Below are positions 18,653-27,710 of a stretch of DNA of 64,000 nt, piece after piece (positions within the stretch are counted from its first letter, which is position 1; each line of letters starts with the position of its first letter). The stretch is from a bacterium (GTDB lineage Bacteria > Patescibacteriota > Microgenomatia > Levybacterales > UBA12049). The notes under the pieces are model-generated. The model was not told the DNA's origin, did not search any database, and worked only from the letters and a program-made list of their open reading frames with translations. The position numbers and the translations under genes were made by a program. Where the stretch lies: positions 105,890 to 169,889 of the forward strand of contig JAKALS010000003.1 of NCBI GenBank assembly GCA_021813145.1, in the 5' to 3' direction.

Positions 18653-19335
18653 TTCTTTTTTGCTACGATTATGCAGTGTGTAAATAGGTCTTCCGGTCCG
18701 AAATAAAATTTTATTATCTTAAATCCCGCTGCTTTTAAAAGGGCGCTTACTTCTTTTTTGGACTTTATTAAAGATATTTCTTCGGGATGAAGTCTTATGT
18801 TTTTTCCAAAGATATCGTTGAGGATAAAATGGGCCGCATTCAAGAAGATTACCGTGGGCCCGTATTGGGGCGGCCAGAAAATAACAACTTTTCCTCCGGG
18901 CTTAAGTACTCTTCTAAGTTCTTTAAGAATTTTCAGTTCCTCTTCTTTTGTAAAATGCTCCATGACTCCCAGATTATAAATTCCGTCAAACGTAGAGCTT
19001 CCGGCCGGTATATCGAATATACTTGCATGCATAGTTTTGGCTCTTTTGCCGTTATGGATTTTGTAAAGTTTTAAAGCCTCGCCGGATATATCGAGTGCCG
19101 TTATATCGAATTTTTTTACAAGATCTTCGTCTACCTGTCCCGCTCCGGAACCAGCGTGTAAAAGCTTTGAACCTGCTTTAAACTCTTCCTCTATAAAACT
19201 ATTTAGGGCTCTTTTTATTATTGCCTTTCTGTAGAAAGAGGCGATTAAGCGGTATACTTTTTGGGAAACCGCTTTTTTCTTGGTCCAGTATTTGTCCCAC
19301 TCTATTTCCTCTTTTTTTGCTTTTTCCTTAGTCAC
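18649..19335 (-). CDS. Class I SAM-dependent methyltransferase
   Basis: 'LLHAGSGAGQV' (motif I, GxGxG), 'ALDISGEAL' and 'LKPGGKVVIFWP' (motif III) are present. Confidence 0.75.
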   Translation of the reverse strand: MTKEKAKKEEIEWDKYWTKKKAVSQKVYRLIASFYRKAIIKRALNSFIEEEFKAGSKLLHAGSGAGQVDEDLVKKFDITALDISGEALKLYKIHNGKRAKTMHASIFDIPAGSSTFDGIYNLGVMEHFTKEEELKILKELRRVLKPGGKVVIFWPPQYGPTVIFLNAAHFILNDIFGKNIRLHPEEISLIKSKKEVSALLKAAGFKIIKFYFGPEDLFTHCIIVAKKN

Positions 19336-19413
19336 GATAGTTCTATACGCTATTTACTATATTCCAGTCAAGTGGTATACTGTTTTTATCCAATAAGAAA
19401 GGTAATTAAATGA

Positions 19414-20508
19414 GTGGCAGAACTAACTTCGAATACAAAAAAATCAGCTAAACCCGCAATGACGATGGCGGAGCTTTTGGCTTCGCATAAGTCTACTTTT
19501 ATAAGTCCGCATAAAGGAGATGTCCTGGAGGGAAGAATAACAAAACTTACTTCTTCGGAGATTCTAGTCGATATCGGAGCAAAAACGGAGGCATTGGTTC
19601 TTGAAAAAGACAAGAAAATATTAAGAAGCCTTCTTTCAAACCTGAAATTAGGGGATAAGGTTAGCGTAAGCGTTTTAAATCCCGAGTCGGATTTGGGGAA
19701 TCCCGTGGTTTCTCTAAGAAGGTTCATAGACGACAGACTTTGGATAAGGTTAAACAATATGCAAGCCACAAAAGAGCCTGTGGAAGTAACGGTAAACGAA
19801 GCTACAAAAGGTGGCTTTCTGGTTTCGACAAGAGACGGCATAGAAGGTTTCCTGCCCAATTCCCAGACTCTTTTTACCGAATCCGGACAGGAGCTTTTGG
19901 GAAAAACCTTAAAAGTTTTAATAATCGAGCTTAATAAACAGCTCCATAAGATTATTTTTTCCCAGAAATCCGCAATGGGGGACAGCGATTTCAGCCAGTC
20001 GATAAAAGATCTGAAAACAGAACAAAAAATTGACTCGGTTATTTCAAATATTGCTCCCTTTGGCATATTTACTTCAATTCAGGTGGGCGATAAAGCGGTC
20101 GAAGGATTTATCCATATATCTGAAATTTCCTGGGAAAAAACCGAAAATATAGGAAAAGACTACAAGGTGGGAGATAAACTTACCGCTTTAATAACCGGTT
20201 TTGACAAGGAGGCAAAAAGAGTTAACCTTTCTCTTAAAAGATTAACCGAGGACCCCTTCCAGGAGAAATTAAAAACCTATACGGCAGACAAAAAAGTAGA
20301 AGGAACCGTATCCAAGATTTTGGCCACGGGGCTTTTGGTTGATTTGGAAGAAGGAGTAGAAGGATTTATAAGAAAAGAAAAGATTCCCCCGACTCTGTCT
20401 TTTAGTGTTGGTTCTTCTGTTACTGCCACGGTATCGGAAGTAGATAATAAAAAACACAGGGTTATTTTGGTTCCGGTACTTAAAGAAAAACCGATAGGCT
20501 ATCGATAA
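19414..20508 (+). CDS. rpsA: 30S ribosomal protein S1 (four S1 domains)
   Basis: S1-domain repeats are present ('GDVLEGRITKLTSSEILVDIG', 'VEVTVNEATKGGFLVSTRDGIEGFLP', 'GFIHISEISWEK', 'VEGTVSKILATGLLVDL'). A GTG start is assumed at 19414. An in-frame ATG (19453) is an alternative start. Confidence 0.75.
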   Translation: MAELTSNTKKSAKPAMTMAELLASHKSTFISPHKGDVLEGRITKLTSSEILVDIGAKTEALVLEKDKKILRSLLSNLKLGDKVSVSVLNPESDLGNPVVSLRRFIDDRLWIRLNNMQATKEPVEVTVNEATKGGFLVSTRDGIEGFLPNSQTLFTESGQELLGKTLKVLIIELNKQLHKIIFSQKSAMGDSDFSQSIKDLKTEQKIDSVISNIAPFGIFTSIQVGDKAVEGFIHISEISWEKTENIGKDYKVGDKLTALITGFDKEAKRVNLSLKRLTEDPFQEKLKTYTADKKVEGTVSKILATGLLVDLEEGVEGFIRKEKIPPTLSFSVGSSVTATVSEVDNKKHRVILVPVLKEKPIGYR

Positions 20509-20576
20509 AATTTCTAATTCCTGATTTCTAATTTCTAAAATTAGGTCAATTAGGTCAATTAGAGCAATTAGAAATT
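20508..20576. repeat. Imperfect palindromic intergenic element built from AATTTCTAA / TTAGAAATT and (AATTAGGTC)x2 units
   Basis: The sequence is aatttctaattcctgatttctaatttctaaaattaggtcaattaggtcaattagagcaattagaaatt. Its outer arms are inverted copies of each other. The AATTTCTAA motif also occurs at 4696-4720 and 51825-51850. Confidence 0.6.
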
Positions 20577-21935
20577 ATGAAAACAGCTACTTCATTCGTC
20601 TGTCAGGAATGCGGATACGAATCCCCAAAATTTTTAGGTAAATGTCCCGAATGCGGGGAATGGAACAGCTTGCGCGAGTTCAAAGTTCAAAATTCAAAGT
20701 TCAAAGTTGACTCAGGGAAAAAAGAAAATCCTTCGCCAAAAAAACTTTCGGAGGTTAATTATGAAGAGGGAAAAAGGCTTTTAACCGGATTTTCAGAGAT
20801 GGATGAGGTTTTGGGAGGAGGAATAGTGATGGGAAGCGTAACACTTTTGGCAGGGGACCCCGGTGTCGGGAAATCAACGCTGCTTCTTCAGACAGCACTC
20901 AACATCGGTTCGAGGGCTATAATTAAGCAAAAATCCACGGACAAAATACAGGAAATTAAGAACAAAGTGCTGTATATTTCAGGTGAGGAATCCGAACAGC
21001 AGGTAAAATTAAGGGCTCAAAGATTGAATCCGCAAAAAGGCAAAAAAGACGACTTACTTCTTTTGTCTCTGACAAATACCGATGGGGCCGTTTCCGCAAT
21101 AGCCGAAGAAAAGCCGGACTTGGTAATAGTAGATTCTATACAAACAATGGAGTCGGAGAATCTAACAGGTCTTTCGGGGAGCGTGGGTCAGGTAAGATAT
21201 GCGGCTTTGGAGTTTATAAAAGCCGCAAAAACATTGAACATTCCGGTTATCATCGTCGGCCATGTGACAAAAGAGGGAATGGTGGCAGGCCCGATGGTTT
21301 TGTCGCACATGGTTGATACCGTGCTTTTTTTGGAAGGAGAAAAAACAACCGGTACAAGACTTCTTAGGAGTCTTAAAAACCGTTTTGGCCCTGTAGATGA
21401 AGTGGGAGTCTTTTCAATGGCAGAAAACGGCATGGAGGAGGTTAAGAACCCTCAGGAGGTATTTCTGACTCAGAACCGGGAAGAAGGTCCGGGATCAATT
21501 CTTGTCGTAACTCTTGAGGGAAGCAGAGCTTTTTTGGTCGAAATACAGGCTTTGGTTGTGTATTCAAAGCTTCCTATGCCAAGAAGAGTTGCTTCGGGAG
21601 TAGACTACAAGCGTCTGGAGCTTTTGCTTGCAGTTTTGCAAAAACACGCAAGGCTTCCCGTCGACACAATGGACGTTTTCGTTAACGTTGCCGGAGGATT
21701 AAAACTTTCCGATCCGGCTTCTGATCTGGCCATATGCCTTGCAATATATTCAAGCCTTAAAAACGTTCCCCTTAAAAAAGTGGTGGCAATGGGAGAAGTT
21801 GGCCTTTTGGGGGAATTGAGGAATGTCCAGATGCTGGAAAAACGGGTAAAAGAGGCAAAAAAACTGGGTTTTAGTAAAATAATAAGCCCTTCTTATTACA
21901 AATCTTTAGCACAAGTGGTAAAATCATTTAGCTAA
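20577..21935 (+). CDS. radA: DNA repair protein RadA/Sms
   Basis: Zn-ribbon 'CQECGYESPKFLGKCPECGEWNS' and Walker A 'GDPGVGKSTLLLQ' are present, followed by a Lon-protease-like C-terminal domain. An approximately 40-aa insertion follows the Walker A region. Confidence 0.9.
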   Translation: MKTATSFVCQECGYESPKFLGKCPECGEWNSLREFKVQNSKFKVDSGKKENPSPKKLSEVNYEEGKRLLTGFSEMDEVLGGGIVMGSVTLLAGDPGVGKSTLLLQTALNIGSRAIIKQKSTDKIQEIKNKVLYISGEESEQQVKLRAQRLNPQKGKKDDLLLLSLTNTDGAVSAIAEEKPDLVIVDSIQTMESENLTGLSGSVGQVRYAALEFIKAAKTLNIPVIIVGHVTKEGMVAGPMVLSHMVDTVLFLEGEKTTGTRLLRSLKNRFGPVDEVGVFSMAENGMEEVKNPQEVFLTQNREEGPGSILVVTLEGSRAFLVEIQALVVYSKLPMPRRVASGVDYKRLELLLAVLQKHARLPVDTMDVFVNVAGGLKLSDPASDLAICLAIYSSLKNVPLKKVVAMGEVGLLGELRNVQMLEKRVKEAKKLGFSKIISPSYYKSLAQVVKSFS

Positions 21936-21937
21936 TT

Positions 21938-22723
21938 ATGGCGAGAAAAAAAGAACCGGTATTAACAAAACAGGAGAGGGAACAGGTGGAAAGAAATCTG
22001 CCTTTTTCACCGAGGGTAATAGGAATTATAGCCGATGAGGTTGCAAAAACAGTCGTAAGAAGACTCCCTCATCCCACGAGGAATAATAAAAAAAGAAAAA
22101 AAACCAAGAATATTGAGAATCCTGTTTATCTCGATACATCTGCAATAATAGACGGAAGAATATTTGAAGTAATCCATCTTGGTCTTATGAAGTCTACTTT
22201 TGTAATTTTGGAAAGTATCCTTTTGGAATTAAAACACATTGCAGACTCTCAAGATATTGTTAAGAGAGAAAGGGGAAGAAAGGGTCTTGAATATCTTGAA
22301 AAGCTAAAAAAGGAAAAAGGCGTAAAGGTAGACTTTGTCTCCGAAGAAAAAGAAAAAACTATGGAGTTGAATAAATTAAAAGAAGTGGATGAGAGGTTGA
22401 TAAAAGCCGCAAAGATAAGTAAAGCCAGGATTATAACCTGCGATTATAATCTTGAAAAGAAAGCCAATATTTCGGGGGTTACGGCCATAAATGTTAACAC
22501 CCTTGCGAATGTATTAAAAGTTACGGCTGTTCCGGGAGAATCCCTGCGTATAAAAATACTCCATGTCGGTAAAGACCAGAGCCAGGGAGTAGGGTATCTT
22601 GATGATGGAACGATGATTGTTGTTGAGAATTCGAGTCAGGACGTCGGGAAAGAAAAAGACGTTGTGGTATCAAGGGTGATTCAAACAACCGCCGGAAGAA
22701 TCCTCTTTGCAAAGAAAATATAA
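21938..22723 (+). CDS. yacL: PIN + TRAM domain protein, YacL homologue (lacks the N-terminal TM segment of B. subtilis YacL)
   Basis: Conserved blocks 'YLDTSAIIDGRI', 'LLELKHIADSQDIVKRERGRKGLEYL', 'GVGYLDDGTMIVVEN' and 'TTAGRILFAK' match B. subtilis YacL. It sits immediately downstream of radA, as in Firmicutes. Confidence 0.8.
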   Translation: MARKKEPVLTKQEREQVERNLPFSPRVIGIIADEVAKTVVRRLPHPTRNNKKRKKTKNIENPVYLDTSAIIDGRIFEVIHLGLMKSTFVILESILLELKHIADSQDIVKRERGRKGLEYLEKLKKEKGVKVDFVSEEKEKTMELNKLKEVDERLIKAAKISKARIITCDYNLEKKANISGVTAINVNTLANVLKVTAVPGESLRIKILHVGKDQSQGVGYLDDGTMIVVENSSQDVGKEKDVVVSRVIQTTAGRILFAKKI

Positions 22724-22818
22724 GAAGCTTCGTTTTTCAAAGGAAAAATTAGATTTACGCCCTTGTCTCACTTCGCTCGCAGACATTTTCAGGCACTTTG
22801 TGGTTCCCAAACTAAAAA

Positions 22819-22853
22819 GGAGATACGATTACCTGCCCAATAATCGTATCTCC
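22819..22853 (-). terminator. Rho-independent terminator for the minus-strand glycosyltransferase operon (perfect 12-bp stem)
   Basis: GGAGATACGATT-(11 nt)-AATCGTATCTCC is a perfect 12-bp stem. The AAAAA preceding it on the + strand becomes a U-run in the minus-strand transcript. Confidence 0.55.
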
Positions 22854-22932
22854 GTTCTAGCTTCCAAATAAATTGCTAAAAATATCAATCTATATCAACT
22901 TAATCGATTAATTTTAGCTTCATCTATTTTTC

Positions 22933-22961
22933 TTGACAACTTATTAAATATTTGATATCAA
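22933..22961 (+). promoter_or_regulatory. Sigma70-like promoter TTGACA-17-TATCAA with no downstream CDS
   Basis: TTGACA lies at 22933-22938 and TATCAA at 22956-22961. Confidence 0.35.
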
Positions 22962-23018
22962 ATTCAACAAGGCAATTAGTTTTATTTCCTGCCTAAAGGA
23001 CTAACTGCCCTTTTTCCA

Positions 23019-23081
23019 AGAGCATTGCTTATCGTACCTGAAATTATCAATCCTGCGTAACGAAAGCGATGCTCTTTTTTT
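23019..23081 (+). terminator. Plus-strand hairpin + T7 terminator (AGAGCATTGCTT...AAGCGATGCTCT-TTTTTTT)
   Basis: The stem arms are 23019-23030 and 23064-23075, followed by TTTTTTT at 23076-23082. Together with the promoter at 22933 this brackets a transcript of about 110 nt. Confidence 0.4.
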
Positions 23082-23262
23082 AAAGAAATGCTACCGGTAC
23101 ACTTATCCCTTTTTCCAGCAGTTTTTTAAACTGCTCACGTCCCTGCTTCACAAGTATTTCCTGCTTGTAATCTGCAATTGTCTTCCTTGCCTTAGCTGTG
23201 CTTTTAAAAATCTGGAATTTCATATCTAACCGAATTCTACCATAATGTGTCAAGTCTGTCAA
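23080..23262 (-). CDS. Hypothetical small protein (60 aa)
   Basis: Short ORF between the GT operon and its terminator. Weak support. Confidence 0.25.
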   Translation of the reverse strand: MTDLTHYGRIRLDMKFQIFKSTAKARKTIADYKQEILVKQGREQFKKLLEKGISVPVAFL

Positions 23263-23467
23263 ACCTATAGCAAATTATGGGCTTAAAATCGTATGCCCTG
23301 TAGTATTTATATTTTGTTTTGGATTGATTTAACGCCCTTTTTAAAATTAAGAAAAAAATGTGGATAACTTGTATATAAGATTTTCCGTTTGTCATTTCTC
23401 ATTCTCCAATCAATTTTTTAATTTAAAAAATGAAAAATAAATAGTAGATGGTGAAATGAGTCTGGCT

Positions 23468-24229
23468 TTATGCCGGTTTTATTACGGTGGAGAAGAATGT
23501 TCGAAGGGGCGGTTGGAAGTCGTAAAGAGAAGAGGATCTAAGCCAAAGCTTGGCAAGCGAAATAATATTTCGCTTAACGTCCGAAAGATAAATTTTAGGA
23601 TCATTTCTGTGGTAGTGGAGGAAATCGTCCATATTTGCGAATTTTCCAAAAGGCAATAGTTTCATAAACAAGTCGCTGTATACGAACGGTTTTGAATTGG
23701 TATTAAACCTTAAAACGTCTTTCGGGAGAATCATTTTGTTTATAAGAACTGTTTCAAATTGAAGGGAAATTCCGTGAAGAGGACTTGAGGCTATTAAATC
23801 GTGATATAGAGGGAAGTCGCTTTTGCCTATTTTCTTGTCATTTTCGTTAATAAAGGTACATTGGGAACCTACAGCGACTATTCCGGGATTATCAATCAGG
23901 AATCTAAATTGTTTTTTAATCCTGTTCGGGCTTGAGATGTCGTTTGTATCCATAAAGGCTATATAGCTTCCTTTAGTCTTTTTAAGGAGTCTGTTTAAAG
24001 TCACTGCTATTCCGTACCTTTTTACATTTTTATACACTCTCAGCCTTTTGTCCTTTTTCCTGTATTGATTCAAGATTCTGTAGGATTTATCGGAGGATTT
24101 ATCGTCTATGGCAACTATTTCTATATTTTTGTAGCTTTGGTTTAAAAGGCTGTTTAAGCATTCGGAAAGATATTTTTCCGAGTTGTGGACAGGCAATAAA
24201 ATAGATATCAAAGGTTTTGGATTGTTCAT
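23468..24229 (-). CDS. Family 2 glycosyltransferase
   Basis: 'ISILLPVHNSEKYLSECLNSLLNQSYKNIEIVAIDDKSSDKS' is the GT-A N-terminal signature with the DxD-type context. Confidence 0.8.
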   Translation of the reverse strand: MNNPKPLISILLPVHNSEKYLSECLNSLLNQSYKNIEIVAIDDKSSDKSYRILNQYRKKDKRLRVYKNVKRYGIAVTLNRLLKKTKGSYIAFMDTNDISSPNRIKKQFRFLIDNPGIVAVGSQCTFINENDKKIGKSDFPLYHDLIASSPLHGISLQFETVLINKMILPKDVLRFNTNSKPFVYSDLFMKLLPFGKFANMDDFLHYHRNDPKIYLSDVKRNIISLAKLWLRSSSLYDFQPPLRTFFSTVIKPA

Positions 24230-24314
24230 AATAGTCGAGGACTTCTATGGATTTAATGTCGGACAGTCATTTTAACAACAGGTATTCTAACATCTTGATT
24301 TCTTTTTGTCAATT

Positions 24315-25064
24315 TTATAAGGAATTGCTTTTCGGAAGTATTGTTAAACCAAGACCATACCTATTGACGCGGAGTAATGCAATCCTGAAGCTAAAGAGAT
24401 ACAAGACATGCTCGAGTCCGGTCCTTACAAGGCTTTGTTTGCTTATATCGAATATTCTGTCTCTGTATGATATCTGTTCTTCGGAGAAATTGAGTTTCGG
24501 GTGAATAAAGGATTTGAGTTTTATCTCAAGGGACAAATTCCAGCCTCCTTCAAAAAGTTTGATTTCTTCCAGAGCGTGTCTCCTAAAAACCCACATTCCG
24601 CTTAATGAATCTTTTATTTTGTAACCGTATAAGAACCAGGTAATAATATTCAGTATCCTTACTCCGGTTGCTCTTATGAACGACATTTTTTTAGGGTTCT
24701 TAAAGGGAAGTCTATTGCACGAGATAAAATCCAAATTTTTGTCTATGAGTTTTCCCGCGAGGCGGGGGATTTCTTTTGCCGGATATGAACCGTCTCCGTC
24801 CATACATATTACAATCGTACCCTTAGCTTCGCCTATACCTTTTTGGAGGGCATAACCGTATCCTATTCCGTATTTGTTTACCCTATTTTCCTTAAAAATT
24901 CTGGCTCCATATCTTTTTGCCACATCAAGAGTTTTATCGGTGGAATTATTATCAACCACGATAACCTCATCTATCTCCTCAGGCAGTCTTTTAAGAACCG
25001 TCTCAAGAGCTTTGCCCTCATTCCTACAGGGCATAATTAATGATATTGTATGTTGTTTTATCAT
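24315..25064 (-). CDS. Family 2 glycosyltransferase, polyprenol-phosphate sugar transferase (DPM1/GtrB-like)
   Basis: 'ISLIMPCRNEGKALETVLKRLPEEIDEVIVVDNNSTDKT' and 'ICMDGDGSYPAKEI' match dolichyl/undecaprenyl-phosphate glycosyltransferases. Confidence 0.8.
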   Translation of the reverse strand: MIKQHTISLIMPCRNEGKALETVLKRLPEEIDEVIVVDNNSTDKTLDVAKRYGARIFKENRVNKYGIGYGYALQKGIGEAKGTIVICMDGDGSYPAKEIPRLAGKLIDKNLDFISCNRLPFKNPKKMSFIRATGVRILNIITWFLYGYKIKDSLSGMWVFRRHALEEIKLFEGGWNLSLEIKLKSFIHPKLNFSEEQISYRDRIFDISKQSLVRTGLEHVLYLFSFRIALLRVNRYGLGLTILPKSNSL

Positions 25065-25136
25065 AATTATTATAGGCTTGATTTTTTGGGAGGATTAGTA
25101 TATCATACAGAGGCAAATTTGGCAATATATTAAACT

Positions 25137-25910
25137 ATGTCAATATCCTTTAAAACACTAATAAAATCCCTTATTATACTTGCTATAGGATTTATATCCT
25201 TATTGGTTACACTTGTAAGAATGCCTGTCAGCAGCTCTTTTGCAGGAGGGCAGAGGATAGAGTCTTCTTCTTATGGGTTAAGCGTATATCAGCCTTCGGG
25301 AAGTACGCTTTTTACAATAACGCCTCTTAACGATTATTTTTATGACGGTCAGGCAAAAGAACATCTTGAAAATAAACTTCTACAAAGCGGGAACGGAAAC
25401 TTATTTTCGGAAGCTGTTTTAGATATTGAAAACGTAGTTTTTAATAAAGATGGTCTGCTTTGGAAAACAAAAGGACTTAATTCAAAAGGAGGTTCTTCAG
25501 TCAGCTATAGTGTCGAATCCTCAAACGGCGGAATAAAGATTACAAGAGGAATAAATCTTCAAAAAGTTGAACCCACGGCAATAGGACAGGTATTTACCAT
25601 TTGCAGTGATTGCATGGTGACGGATAACACGAACAGAGCTTATTTTAACGGCGACACCGTAAACAGCGATTTGATAAATATAGCTTTAAAAGCAAATAAG
25701 GTGCCTACGATTATAGGAGAAAACCAGTCTTTTCCGGCCGGAATAACAAAAATTATAATAATAGGTAGAGACGGGAAGGAAAAAATGTCGATGCCTGTTG
25801 CGGGAGAGACTATTTACCTTCAGGACAAATGGCATCTCCTTGAGTTTAAGACGCCCGTGGCTAAAGCAAAAACAGAAAATGTTTCCCAGGTTATTTATCT
25901 TGCAAACTAA
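25137..25910 (+). CDS. Membrane-anchored hypothetical protein (N-terminal TM, beta-rich ectodomain)
   Basis: 257-aa protein with a signal-anchor. It sits in the glycosylation cluster. Confidence 0.5.
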   Translation: MSISFKTLIKSLIILAIGFISLLVTLVRMPVSSSFAGGQRIESSSYGLSVYQPSGSTLFTITPLNDYFYDGQAKEHLENKLLQSGNGNLFSEAVLDIENVVFNKDGLLWKTKGLNSKGGSSVSYSVESSNGGIKITRGINLQKVEPTAIGQVFTICSDCMVTDNTNRAYFNGDTVNSDLINIALKANKVPTIIGENQSFPAGITKIIIIGRDGKEKMSMPVAGETIYLQDKWHLLEFKTPVAKAKTENVSQVIYLAN

Positions 25911-25913
25911 AAT

Positions 25914-27710
25914 ATGTTAACCGATTTCTTTGCCGCAATTTCGTTTTATTTGATACCGTACCTTACGGGAAGGTTTTTTACCAGAAAAACTTTCCTGGCA
26001 TGGATAATAGGTGCTTTTTTATGGTTTCCTCTGTATTTTATAGTTTCATTTATCGCTTTAAAAACAGGAAATTTCTCTCTTATTATCCGCTATCTGGCAA
26101 TAGGGGTAAGCTTATTATCGGTTTTGAATATCTTAAGGCAGTTTTTAAAAGAGAGGCCAAAACTAGATTTAAAAGAAATTGCTCCCTATACTTTTTTAGT
26201 TTTGTTTACTGCAGGAGTTTATTTTTTAATCTGGAAAAGGAGTACACCTTACCCGTTGCAGCTTAACTGGGATATATACGAGCATATAACACTCTCAAAT
26301 CTCATATCGCAGGGCAGGTTATCGGCTTTTACTACTAATATATCCGATACCTTTACTTTTAACAGTTACTCTCCGCTTTTCGGTATCTTGCTTTCATTAC
26401 CCAAAATTATTTTTCAAAGGAGCCTCATAGGAATTTATTGGTGGCTTGAGTACTGGCAGTATTTATTAACCGCAATAGCTTCATATCTTCTTGCAAAAAG
26501 AATTTTTAAAGATAGAAGTCTTGCCATATTTTCGGCGGTGCTCTCATCTTTAACATTTGAGTCCGTCGTTGCCTATACCGTTTTTTTTCTTATACCCCAG
26601 ACATTAGCAGTATTAATAGCAGTACTTGCGGCCTACGAGCTAATGGATTATAAAAAGATATTTCTTCTTATAACGGCTATCGTTATATTCCTGATGCATT
26701 ATATAGTAGGCCCGCTGTGCCTTGTCTTTCTTGTGTGTTTATATCTTGCTCCAAGAGTTCCTTTATCTTTAAAGCGTCTTAATCTTCTTATCACGGCGGC
26801 AATACTGTTTTTGGCAGGAGCTTTAGGATTACACTTTTTAGGCAGATGGAATATTCTTTCCATAGAAGAAGCTTCGCATTTTGATTTTACGATTTACCAA
26901 AAAGCGGGTTTTATTCTTGACTGGTACGGTATATTTCTGGCATTTGCCCTTATAGGAATATTTGCCATTTTAAGAAATAAAAGTTATTCCCAGAAAATTT
27001 TTCTTATTCTTGCGCTTGGAGTTTTTGGCATATCTTTTGCACCTTTTTCTTACTTTTTGAAGTTTTATGTTCTCGGTCATTATCTCACAAATGTTATTAT
27101 TGTCGCCGGAATTGCTTTTTTGGTATCTAATTTTTCAAAAGTTCTTAAAACGGTTTCATTTATCTTCCTGACGCTTGTGATGCTTCTTACTTTTTACAAT
27201 AACCAATTAATGTACAAAGGGCCTCTTCATTTCCAAAATTACGTAACTCAGATTTCCTACGGGGAATTGCAGGCAGCGGCCTGGCTTTCGTCCCACAATA
27301 AAAACGGAAATGACTTTTTGATAAGCGACCCGAGCCTTCAATATATTCTTGAGGCTAACTCCGGCGTCGATACGCAAGGAGGGGTATATACGAATCTTAA
27401 TACAAGAAAAGCCCTCGAATCAATTAATGGCTCCTACAATACGCAGTTTATAAAAAGTGAGCTTTTAAGTATCAAAGACTCTCTTCCTAAGGATCAAAAT
27501 TTAAACAGAAAAGTTCTTTTTGCGGTCGGCGGAAGATACTTTGCCTGGCAGGAACTCCCCCAAAGCCAAAAAGAAAGCTCTTTTTATAATATTTGGGCGC
27601 CCAAAGATATAACTTCTACAGAACAAAATTACATAAATTTTCTTAAAAACAGCAAACAATTCAAGCTTCTTTACGAGAATAGGCAGATAGCTATTTTTGA
27701 AGTAATATGA
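25914..27710 (+). CDS. Large polytopic membrane protein with C-terminal soluble domain (putative GT-C-type glycosyltransferase/polymerase)
   Basis: 598 aa. It has about 13 TM helices over the first roughly 430 residues, then a hydrophilic domain. This architecture resembles GT-C enzymes and YfhO-like proteins. The family call is an inference. Confidence 0.5.
   Translation: MLTDFFAAISFYLIPYLTGRFFTRKTFLAWIIGAFLWFPLYFIVSFIALKTGNFSLIIRYLAIGVSLLSVLNILRQFLKERPKLDLKEIAPYTFLVLFTAGVYFLIWKRSTPYPLQLNWDIYEHITLSNLISQGRLSAFTTNISDTFTFNSYSPLFGILLSLPKIIFQRSLIGIYWWLEYWQYLLTAIASYLLAKRIFKDRSLAIFSAVLSSLTFESVVAYTVFFLIPQTLAVLIAVLAAYELMDYKKIFLLITAIVIFLMHYIVGPLCLVFLVCLYLAPRVPLSLKRLNLLITAAILFLAGALGLHFLGRWNILSIEEASHFDFTIYQKAGFILDWYGIFLAFALIGIFAILRNKSYSQKIFLILALGVFGISFAPFSYFLKFYVLGHYLTNVIIVAGIAFLVSNFSKVLKTVSFIFLTLVMLLTFYNNQLMYKGPLHFQNYVTQISYGELQAAAWLSSHNKNGNDFLISDPSLQYILEANSGVDTQGGVYTNLNTRKALESINGSYNTQFIKSELLSIKDSLPKDQNLNRKVLFAVGGRYFAWQELPQSQKESSFYNIWAPKDITSTEQNYINFLKNSKQFKLLYENRQIAIFEVI

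Noticed and set aside
19386-20066. 226-aa minus-strand ORF fully antisense to rpsA
   Set aside because: Entirely inside and opposite the well-supported S1-domain frame. The composition is Ser/Leu/Phe-biased, typical of antisense to a Lys/Glu-rich gene. No independent signals.
20508-20576. Considered whether the AATTAGGTC / ATTTCTAA repeat cluster could be a mini-CRISPR array
   Set aside because: The units are 8-9 nt with no spacers of CRISPR size and no cas genes. It is an imperfect palindrome, not a repeat-spacer array.
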